A DNA stretch of 64,000 bases from the NCBI RefSeq assembly GCF_018977255.1, contig NW_024704758.1:2604001-2668000 (forward strand), given 5' to 3'. The translations under genes and the position numbers were made by a program. Under the pieces are notes generated by a model that saw nothing but the letters and a program-made list of their open reading frames with translations, made no database searches and was not told the DNA's origin. The stretch comes from Callorhinchus milii. Its lineage: Eukaryota. Of this stretch, positions 51,601-61,966 are shown in pieces (within the stretch, counting starts at the first letter, position 1; each line of letters starts with the position of its first letter).

Positions 51601-53410
51601 TTGAACGGGAGGGGTATTGGAGCAAATAGCTCAAGTGGGAAGGCAAGCTTTGGAATGGCTCGGTTTTAAACTTCTACATAATTCTACATTATTAATAACG
51701 ACTTTTAGAATTCAACCTGCAATGAACGGTATCACACATCAGTGCCAGCTCTCTGACTTGTATAGTATTATGTTTCTATCTCAGGGGCAGTGTTTTGTAG
51801 CCATAGATCCGGGGTGCTTTGCCTCAGGGTTCGAGGAGAGAATGGCCGATTTGCTCAACATTCATAGAAACCTGGAGCCGGTAAGTATCGTTAATTAACT
51901 TTCAGTGCACAGGGAAAATATGGCGATGTTTCAGGTCCCCAGTTATAAAGCTCCACCAAATGAACCAGTGAAACCGGACTGCATTTGTGGAATCCCATAG
52001 CGTAATGCTCAGAGCATTCGCCTCGCAAGCGAGAGGACCCTGGTTCGATTCACGGGCAGGGCAAAACATTGGGCAAGTTTCCTTACTCCACATGCCTCTG
52101 TTTACCCTAAGTAGGAACCTGGTTGTTAGTCGATTTACAGATCGCTTGCGGATTGCAGATTCGGGGGTAATAATCCCCCCCAGAAAAAAAATTGTCATTC
52201 ATTCCATGGATATTTGTGGGACAATACTATGCACAATTGGCTGCTGCATTTCACCCACAAAATACACAGTAAATCCACTTTACGGTTACAGTGTATTCTG
52301 TGAAGCGCTTTGAGACGTCTCGAAGACGTGATAAGGCGCTATATCAAATGCAAGGATTATTATTATATCCTGTGAAGCGCTTTGAGCTGACGAGATAAGG
52401 CTCTACCGTATATCAAACACAAGGATTATTATTACTTATACAGGGTAAAAATGGTTTAGAAAAACACTAGCTACTGTACAATTGAAACGGTACTGAATTA
52501 CTGATCCACAGTGAAGAGCCATAATGATAGATTGATATTCTCTTGGAGTCTAAATGATGTACATGTCTCCCTGCTGTGTCCTCAACAGTCTGTACCAGGG
52601 CAGGCCGTGTTGACTGCTGGAGACCCAGAAAGAGAACACATGGCAAAGTGTTCAAAGTACGGAGGAATCCCCTATCCCATTAATGTCATAAACTTCATGG
52701 TAAGTCTCCAACAATACCAGTTTACGTTCCTCTAACTAGCTTGGATTCTGGAGAACATGGGTGGTTTGGCAGACTAGGGCGACATTAGTGACCCCAAAAC
52801 GCGTATGGTTGGAGGAGAGGGGGGGGGAGTAGGGTCCTGTTGGAATTAAACCAGCAAAATTGGAATTAAACCAGCATAATTACTAGTAAGCTTCTTCCCC
52901 GCACCCCCCACACCCCGATTCCACTCTCTTTGAGGATGACAGGAACAAGCACATAAGAAACTCCCTTCTTGTTTTCCAATAGCATTGTGAGATCTTTTAA
53001 CATCTACCTGAAGAACTGGGGACTTTTCCAGTTCTTGTCTGAAGGAGTTAATTGAACAGAATGTCATGTTGGACACAGCGTCACAATATATAAAAAAAAT
53101 TGGTCACTCAATCCACGGCTGCTTGTGGTGACGCTGCTGTGCGCAAATGGCCGCCACGTTTCTGCCACAAAATATACAGTCAATCCACTTCACAGTATAT
53201 CCTGTGATGCACTTTGAGACGTCTCAAGGACGTAATAAGGCGCTATCAAATGCCAGGATTGTTATTATTATTTATTTCGAAAACTTGCTTCGAATATTTC
53301 GGTTTCTTTCTCCCGAGACTCACTGACAAACCCTGTTGCTTTTGCAGAACTCCATGGCGAAGGAGCTCGGGGTAACCCTGCTTCGCACCGATCGCACCGT
53401 CAAGCCTTAA
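45691..53410 (+). CDS. Ldh_2-family (PF02615, malate/L-lactate/sulfolactate/ureidoglycolate dehydrogenase-like, YjmC/AllD-type) oxidoreductase, about 360-368 aa; exons 45691(or 45717)-45865, 46349-46537, 46773-46834, 46946-46999, 47584-47682, 48245-48380, 50751-50872, 51785-51880, 52589-52699, 53348-53410
   Basis: All introns are GT-AG with compatible phases. The spliced protein carries family motifs GHLSHGLNRL, VDGKNLLGPVVG, GSNHFG, TNTSP, GTNPISVAAP, VLDMATS, GWG, GGYKGYGL, GQCFVAIDP and AGDPE, and ends GVTLLRTDRTVKP*. The N-terminus is uncertain: in-frame ATG at 45691, or an upstream exon spliced to the acceptor at 45717. Confidence 0.93.
47060..47545 (+). mobile_element. L2 3' fragment in intron 4 of the Ldh_2 gene
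   Basis: CACTGGCTCCCCATCCCTCAGAGG..CTCAAGACCTTCCTCTTTGA..GAAAGGCGCT and (TTG)n tail. Confidence 0.8.
50953..51318 (+). mobile_element. tRNA-derived SINE, long subfamily (further copies at about 48620-48963, 51987-52365, 54516-54843, 63364-63728 and many partial copies)
   Basis: Shared head, core and tail. Confidence 0.85.
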
Positions 53411-54006
53411 GACCTCGTCCCCGTGAGAGCCTGACGTCCATTTGTTTTTGCAACAGGGAAACGGCAAGATGTTACAGACTCACATTTTCATACAACATTA
53501 AAAAAAAATCAATCAATCTGTTCAGGTCATTAAACTTCTGTGTTTTCACAGATCTCAGGATGAACAGTTCGAATGTTTCAAACTCCACTCAGGGATCATT
53601 GCTGCACTTTTTGCTACTAGAGTGTGTTATGTTTGTAGATTTAACACGTATAGATTATAGCTCTTTCAAGGTGTGTGTTAAGGTAGCCACGTTAGTTATA
53701 TTCTGGGATAAGGCGCAGCGGAGAGTAAAATGTTTCTAAAACATTGAATACAAGCTTTTGCTCAGAACGTTTGTCTGCAGATTTCTTTCCTGATCACCAG
53801 GGTATAGGTACTTGCCCCTGGAAGTTTAGAAAGCGTTGTCTCACACTGTGACATAAAACAACAACAACTTGCATTTACGTGGCCCTCCCCCCTCATGCAG
53901 GGTAGGGTCCCAGAGCACTTGACAATGTCGCGGCACGACTCCAAGCCGGGCGGATGGGGCTGGTGTGACTTTAGGCACGGTAGAAGAGGAAGGTCTTCAG
54001 ACACGA

Positions 54007-54321
54007 CCTGTAGCTCAGTGGTTAGAGCACTCTCTTTGCAAGCGAGAGACCTGAGTTCAATTCCAGTCAGAGGGCGAAACCTTGGGCAAGTTTCCTTACT
54101 CCACACAGAGCCTAATAATAATCCCTCCAAAACCTAAAACAATAATAAATTGGTCATTTTCAATCTACGACTGTTTGTGGGACATTGCTGTGCGCAATTG
54201 GCTGCCGGGGTCGCCCACAAATATACAGTCAATTCACTTTACAGTGTGTTCTGTGAAGCGCTTTGGGACGTCCTCCCGACGTGAAAAGCGCTACATCAAA
54301 TGCAAGGATTATTATTATTAT
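54007..54321 (+). mobile_element. tRNA-derived SINE, young subfamily
   Basis: Near-identical to copies at 1786, 29439 and 58830. Confidence 0.9.
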
Positions 54322-55586
54322 AAGATCGGGAAGGATGGGGCAAGGTGGAGAGATTGAGGGAGAGAGTTCCAGAGTTTCGGGATATAGTGACTGAATGCAC
54401 AGCCACCGAGGAACAAGCAGCAATGGATAGTGGGCGCCCCAGAGCCAGTGCAGAAGAAAGCAACCAGGCTACCCCCTCCCCCCTCCACTGTTGGACGGGT
54501 GAACTCTTGAGAAATGAGTCCTGTAGCTCAATGGTCAGAGCACTTGCCTCGCAAACGAGAGGATCCGGGTTCGATTCCCAGCAGGGCAAAACGTACTGTT
54601 TACTTAGCAGTAAGTAGGAACCCGGTTGTTAATCAATTCGCTTTTCCGAGGGTTATAATTGATTCAAGTTTTTTTAAAAAGCAATTTGGGTCACTCAGTC
54701 CACGGCTGTTTGTGGGGCGCTGCTGTGCACAATTAGCTGCCGTGTTTTGCCCACAAAATATAGTCACTTCACTTTACAGTGTATTCTGTGAAGCGCTTTA
54801 AGATGTCTCGAAGACGTGATAATTGCATTAGTATTATTATTATAGCAAAGAGCCCGAGAAGTCGGGGCTCTTTTTTGCCTCGAAAAGAAACGTCCCCCAA
54901 GAAAATCTATACAGAGGATATCAAACAGGAGATCCAGAACAATATAGTACATTCAGAATATGGCACAGCTCCAGGTATGTGAAGGGCAATTTAAGGACAG
55001 ACAAAAATAAAATAACTTCTCGACAACAAAAAATAAACCATAGCTGTTAGGGGGCGAGAGAGGCAAGTCAAGATTTACTTCTGGATTAGCCGTGTAGTTC
55101 CCACTTTTGCCTTCAGGTGCAACAGGAGGACAAGCGAAGACTATCATCCAATGCGGGGATTTTTACAAGCGAGGCCATCGCTTTGACCCGTTTTAGAAAG
55201 TTTTCAGCTCAAAAATCTCTAATCCTACAAATAAGTAACGTCCATGAACTTAGACCTTGGCTTGTGGGTTTCACAATGTCAACTGCTGGTTAAGATTGCA
55301 CTGTACTCTGGGTTGGTGGGGGGGGGGGTGGCTATGTGTGTGTGTATTAGGTGTATGTGTCTCTCTCACACACACACACACACCAGCAGCAGAAGTAAAT
55401 AAGTTCCAGTCTGTCCATCAGCGCATTGGGAGCCAATGTACGTTGGGTTGGGTTGGGTTGTGGCTGCTGGGATTTGGCACCGAGTCAATAAAGGATTGAC
55501 CCAAGGATTTAGAGGACAAAAAAAAACTGGGATCTGAGGATCACTCGCCTTCCTTTCCCTTTACAAAGCCCCCAGTTACTTGGAGT

Positions 55587-55660
55587 CGGACAGGGACAGG
55601 ACAGGGACAGGACAGGACAGGGACAGGGACAGGGACAGGACAGGACAGGGACAGGACAGG
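55587..55660 (+). repeat. (GGACA/GGGACA)n tandem repeat immediately 5' of the COX8 ATG
   Basis: Seen directly; ends 14 bp before the ATG. Confidence 0.9.
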
Positions 55661-55674
55661 GTGTGGATTCCACC

Positions 55675-58600
55675 ATGTGGGGATTTTCACGCACCGTCTA
55701 CAGGGGACTGAGATACCTGAGCCCCAATAGTGGTCACCAGATCACACTGCGAGCCAAGGTCTGGTCCAAACCCCCAGAGCACAGCCTCTCGATGATGGTC
55801 AGTAAAATCACACACACACACACTAACACACACACTAACACACAAACACACACACACACACACACTAACACACACACTAACACACACACACTAACACACA
55901 CACTAACACACTAACACATACACTAACACACACACTAACACACACACTAACACACACACTAACACACACACACTAACACACTAACACACACACTAACACA
56001 CACACAACACATAACACACACACACTAACACACACACACTAACACACACACACACACTAACACACTAACACACACACTAACACACACTAACCAGACACTC
56101 ACACAAACCGATTGGGCTCCAACCTCAAAGCAAGTGAACAGACAACGAGATTGTATTTCTTTAGAGAGTTGAGTTGCAAAGGGAGAAAGATTTGTTTAAA
56201 ATAAAACACACAGTGGGGACACTCACTACTGACTTTTTTTAAAAAAAGAAATATAAATTGTATCTATATTTTATATATATTATATGATATCGTTTATTTG
56301 CGATATCATACGGTGCAAATGTGGGGGTTTTTTTTTCAACACCGAAGAACATTTTCTGTTTTTCACACAAACACCACCACCACCGCCGGAGTGTCCGAAA
56401 ATACTGCGTTCGATCCAACAGATCCCATAAGAATTATTGCGGTGAAATAACTTTTAACGAGTTTCAAACCCATTTTATAAATGTAGACTGTGTGTGTGGG
56501 GGGGGGGGGGGGGTCAGACTGTGTGTGGGTGGGGGGGTCCAGGCTGTGTGTGGGGGGGGGGGTCCAGACTGTGTGTGGGTGGGGGGGGGTCCAGGCTGTG
56601 TGTGTGGGGGGGGGTCCAGGCTGTGTGTGTGGGGGGGGTCCAGGCTGTGTGTGTGGGGGGGGGGTCAGACTGTGTGTGTGGGTGGGGGTCCAGACTGTGT
56701 GTGGGTGGGGGGGTGTCAGACTGTGTGTGGGTGGGGGGGGGGGGGGTCCAGACTGTGTGTGGGTGGGTGGGGGGGTCAGACTGTGTGTGGGTGGGGGGGT
56801 GTCAGACTGTGTGTGGGTGGGGGGGTGTCAGACTGTGTGTGGGTGGGGGGGGGTCAGACTGTGTGTGGGTGGGTGGGGGGGGTGTCAGACTGTGTGTGGG
56901 TGGGTGGGGGGGGTGTCAGACTGTGTGTGGGTGGGTGGGGGGGGGGGTCAGACTGTGTGTGGGTGGGGGGGGGTCAGACTGTGTGTGGGTGGGGGGGGTC
57001 CAGACTGTGTGTGGGTGGGGGGGGGGGTGGCAGGCTGTGTGTGGGTGGGGGGGGGAGGGGGGGGGTCAGACTGTGTGTGGGTGGGGGGGGGGGTCAGACT
57101 GTGTGTGGGTGGGGGGGGGGGGTCCAGACTGTGTGTGGGTGGGGGGGGTGGCAGGCTGTGTGTGTGTGTGTGGGGGGGGTCAGACTGTGTGTGGGTGGGG
57201 GGGGGGGGGGTCCAGACTGTGTGTGGGTGGGGGGGGGGTGGCAGGCTGTGTGTGTGTGGGGGGGGGGGTGGGGGGGGGGTCAGACTGTGTGTGGGTGGGG
57301 GGGGTCAGACTGTGTGTGGGTGGGGGGGGGGTCAGACTGTGTGTGGGTGGGGGGGGGTCAGACTGTGTGTGGGTGGGGGGGGGGTCGCAGGCTGTGTGTG
57401 TGTGGGTGGGGGGGGTCCAGACTGTGTGTGGGTGGGGGGGGTCAGACTGTGTGTGGGTGGGGGGGGGGTGGCAGGCTGTGTGGGTGGGGGGGGTCAGACT
57501 GTGTGTGTGTGGGTGGGGGGGGTGTCAGACTGTGTGTGTGTGGGTGGGAGGGGTGTCAGACTGTGTGTGTGTGGGTGGGAGGGGTGTCAGACTGTGTGTG
57601 TGTGTGTGTGTGGGGGGGTGTCAGACTGTGTGTGTGTGGGTGGGGGGAGGGTGGCAGGCTGTGTGGGTGGGGGGTGGCAGACTGTGTGTGGGTGGGTGTC
57701 AGACTGTGTGTGGGTGGGTGTCAGACTGTGTGTGGGTGGGTGTCAGACTGTGTGTGGGTGGGTGTCAGACTGTGTGTGGGTGGGTGTCAGACTCTGTGTG
57801 GGTGGGTGTCAGACTCTGTGTGGGTGGGTGTCAGACTCTGTGTGGGTGGGTGTCAGACTCTGTGTGGGTGGGTGTCAGACTCTGTGTGGGTGGGTGTCAG
57901 ACTCTGTGTGGGGGGTGTCAGACTGTGTGTGGGTGGGTGTCAGACTGTGTGTGGGTGGGTGTCAGACTCTGTGTGGGTGGGTGTCAGACTCTGTGTGGGT
58001 GGGTGTCAGACTCTGTGTGGGTGGGTGTCAGACTCTGTGTGGGTGGGTGTCAGACTGTGTGTGGGTGGGTGTCAGACTGTGTGTGGGTGGGTGTCAGACT
58101 GTGTGTGGGTGGGTGTCAGACTGTGTGTGGGTGGGTGTCAGACTGTGTGTGGGTGGGGTGTCAGACTGTGTGTGGGTGGGTGTCAGACTGTGTGTGGGTG
58201 GGGGGGGGGTGTCAGACTGTGTGTGGGTGGGGGGGGGGGTGTCAGACTGTGTGTGGGTGGGGGGGGGTGTCAGACTGTGTGTGGGTGGGGGGGGGGGGGT
58301 GGCAGGCTGTGTGTGTGTGGGTGGGGGGGGTCCAGACTGTGTGTGGGTGGGTGTCAGACTGTGTGTGGGTGGGTGTCAGACTGTGTGTGGGTGGGTGTCA
58401 GACTGTGTGTGGGTGGGGGGGGTGTCAGACTGTGTGTGGGTGGGGTGGGGGTGTCAGACTGTGTGTGGGTGGGGGGGGGTGTCAGACTGTGTGTGGGTGG
58501 GGGGGGGGGGGGGGTGGCAGGCTGTGTGTGTGTGGGTGGGGGGGGGTCCAGACTGTGTGTGGGTGGGTGTCAGACTGTGTGTGGGTGGGGTGGGGGTGTC

Positions 58601-60722
58601 AGACTGTGTATTGGTGGGGGGGGGTGTCAGACTGTGTGTGGGTGGGGGGGGGGGTGTCAGACTGTGTGTATATGTGTGTGTTCAACACCACTGAAAAGCT
58701 GAGAGTTACAGTTCTCCATAAAAGGACAAAAACACAGCGAACGACTGAAGGTTCAGAGGTTTAAAGGGAATCGTTGTGATTCGCTTCTCCATCAGCTGCA
58801 GATTAAAGGGGTTCAAGAAGTTCAAGAAGGTGGAGTCCTGTAGCTCAGTGGTTAGAGCACTCGCTTTGCAAGTGAGAGACCTGAGTTCAATCCCAGGCAG
58901 AGGGTGAAACCTTGGGCAAGTTTCCTTACTCCACACAGAGCCTAATAATAATCCCTCCAAAACCAAAAACAATAATAAATTGGTCATTTTCAATCTACGA
59001 CTGTTTGTGGGACATTGCTGTGCGCAATTGGCTGCTGCGTTCACCCACAAATATACAGTCAATTCACTTTACAGTGTGTTCTGTGAAGCGCTTTGGGACG
59101 TCCTCCTGACGTGAAAAGCGCTTTATCAAATGCAAAGATTATTATAATTATTATTAAGTTTAGTGCAGCCCCTAAAACCTTAAAAACGTGCCCCCCCCCA
59201 AAAAAAACATAAACACCTACCAAATGTACACCCTGTTTCCAAACCAACCTAAAGTTGCCTGTCTTACCCCAATAGGTCTTGGATTAATAGATTAGTATTA
59301 ACAAATCAATTCCCCCCACCAGCCAAATTCTTCTGCTTTCTGTGGTATTATTTTACCAATTGCTTTGTACCCTTTGTGGGCATTCTTTTTTGTTGTGCTG
59401 TAAGTAGTGATGGGTGGTGGGGGGATGGGGGGGAACAGCTTTGAAAAAAAATTAAACCTGCAAAACGCCCCCCAAACCCCCCACTTGAAGACCTTTTCTT
59501 AGTTTCAAAAACACTGAACTAACCTAAATTGGCCACTCTGCTGCTACCACCACCCCCTCCCTCACCCCACATACAGTAACTGTAGGCAATGCATAATATT
59601 GGGCTACTTTGGGGTTATTAATTTGATGGATTTTCGGCTACAAGTGCTTTTTAATGTCTGGCAGTGAGCGACGGACAACTTCTTTCAATGTGAGGATTCT
59701 TAAGGGGTTAGACCTCCACCTGGAGCCGTAACAGAAAAGCCACGTCAGGTCTCTGTGGTAGACTCAGTGATCCCTTAGCCAACCCTTGCATAACTTCGAA
59801 GTCCTGTTAATGAGTAACCAGGCTACCCAACTCTTGATGACTAGAGAAGGAAGAATCAGTAAACTCCACTATGTGATGGGAATCCACTCACTCAGGTCCT
59901 GATAACTCTACAAGTCAATGCCTTAGAACAGGGTGCAGATAAAAATGGTCCAGCTAACAGTATGAAATCTTACCATTGGCTTCCAACCAGCAATTTATAA
60001 TCCTTGCATCTGATAATACAGCCTTGTCACATCATCAAATCAGAGGATTTACTATAAAGTGCAGCAAATAGATATTTTGCTGCCAACATGCACACAGCAA
60101 TGTCCCACAAAACAACAACAACCCAAATTGTATTCCTATATAACACCGTTCATGTCAGGAGGACATCCGAAGGCACTGGACAATGGAGCCGAGCTGGGGT
60201 TGGAGTTGGGAAGGGTGGGGGTTTGGAGAGTCAAAGAGGAAGGTCTTGAGACCTAATCAGGCTAAAAGCGCTAAAAGCCTGATTGCCATGAAACAGCCAT
60301 GAAGTGCAGACTGCCAGGCATTAACTAGTTACTACATTGCTGCAATACCCATTATCCAATGTAAAGGGCACTTAATGCCATATACATAAGTTGCGGTGGT
60401 TGGCTAACAGTAAAATTATAACGGAGAAAATGACAAAGTTACTCACATGTATCACTGATACGTTGAACTCCTGATAACTCAATCCTGGCTTAATTTGTCA
60501 CTACCTTTAAGTCATCGCGCGGTCAATATCCTGGCCGCATTGAGCCCTTTTCCCTTGGAGCGACGAGTTATCGGGAAGTGACTATATAATGCACCCCTGT
60601 TTGGTTTTCTATTGCAGGACCTCACCATTGCGTTCTTTGTGCTGAACATTGCAATGCTGGTGCCCAGCGGCTGGGTGCTCACTAACATGGAGAATTACAA
60701 GCACCGACCCGGCTCCAAGTGA
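55675..60722 (+). CDS. COX8B: Cytochrome c oxidase subunit 8 precursor (COX8B-like), 75 aa; exons 55675-55797 and 60618-60722
   Basis: Kozak CCACCATG. Exon 1 MWGFSRTVYRGLRYLSPNSGHQITLRAKVWSKPPEHSLSMM|gtcagt is an Arg-rich presequence plus SKPP (compare COX8A RAKIHSLPPEGKLGIM). Exon 2 reads cag|DLTIAFFVLNIAMLVPSGWVLTNMENYKHRPGSK* (compare LLPAGWILSHLETY). ATTAAA at 60827. The B-paralogue label rests on synteny. Confidence 0.9.
55809..56092. repeat. (CACACACTAA)n microsatellite in the COX8 intron
   Basis: Seen directly. Confidence 0.9.
56484..58672. repeat. G-rich minisatellite, core about 22 bp GTCAGACTGTGTGTGGGTGG(G)n
   Basis: Dozens of tandem variant units with variable G-runs; it produces the spurious 730-790 aa ORFs in all three + frames. 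Confidence 0.97.
58830..59156 (+). mobile_element. tRNA-derived SINE, young subfamily
   Basis: Near-identical to the 54007 copy. Confidence 0.9.
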
Positions 60723-61620
60723 GGCTTCCTTTAAAGCCCACCTCATCTCCTTCTCACTGATAACGTAAAAGAAACCACAGACGTTCAACCAAAGAGGACT
60801 TGTTGCCAGGTTCCTGGAATGTAGCCATTAAAAATATACATCAAACCTGATGCGTTCAGATGTGCTTCTCTGTTTCTGGCCAATTGGCGCAAAACACACT
60901 CTTGACTTGCAAAGTCATTGGCATAATATGAAAATTACCGATATGCATCAACAACAACAACTAGAGTTTATAGCACCCTGATGCAGTAAACTCCTGATAA
61001 CTCAACCCTGGCTTAACTTGTCACGAACACTTAAGTCATCAGGCAGACAAAACAAGCGGTGCAAACAAAATCCGCCCCACCGCCCAAGATATCGACAACA
61101 GGTCCTATGATATTTTGCTAGACTGAATAAGTACGGGTGTTACTTATCTCCTTCTCACGGATTACGCAAAAGAAACCACACACGCTCCTTCACTGACTAA
61201 TAATAATTTATCAGTAGTCATAATTATAATAAATTATTATTACTGTAAATAATAAATTAGATTACCCAGTTTACTGAATTCCCTCTCCAAAAGTTGTGCT
61301 ATAAACCCCAATTTCATCCCGCCAAGAGTAATCCAGACGTGTCAGAATACTTGACGTCCTACCCTGCTTGCCTTGGTTCCATTGTACTAAGCATTAAGGA
61401 TACATTTCGGTTCCACCGCTTTGCTCGATTACTCTTTGCACTGTAACTCACAACGATAGCGAAGGGCAAAAAACCACACCAGTTACTGAGCAAGGGAACT
61501 CTCAGGATAAAGACACTCACACGACACATACACACATAGCATTGAACTGGGCTCGTCGGAGAGATGTTAAGAGATCTGACAAGTTTATACACATGTGTAT
61601 AATATATATACACACACACA

Positions 61621-61966
61621 CAGTAAAACTCGCACAAGTCTTATATCTTCATAAATCATATAATTGCCTAAGTCATACATGCACCTGATTCCATTCAGTT
61701 TCCTACCAAAAACGTTTAGATTTTTTTTGAACTAGTCGTATTTGATAAATCAGAAAACTCCTACTAAATCGTCATGGTTTCTTGGTCCCAAATACATGAT
61801 ATCAATCCTATTAAATCATCTCCGTACTCGCACCGCTACCACACTTACCGACAGCATTGAAGTACCCATGAGCAGTGTAGATTATTGATTAAATCAGATA
61901 TGATACGACTTATGGCTGTATACTTCACGTAAGTCATATCAAATGTTATGGTCTTGAGTTTTACTG
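61621..61966. mobile_element. Tigger/pogo-like MITE, apparently full length
   Basis: Perfect 11-bp terminal inverted repeats CAGTAAAACTC / GAGTTTTACTG, with TA at the right flank. Confidence 0.75.

Noticed and set aside
45691-53410. Bacterial contamination or recent horizontal transfer as the source of the Ldh_2 gene
   Set aside because: The gene has nine spliceosomal introns filled with host SINEs and LINEs.
56321-58764. Three 730-790 aa Gly/Val/Cys-rich ORFs
   Set aside because: They are translations of a stop-free minisatellite, open in all three frames, and lie inside the COX8 intron.
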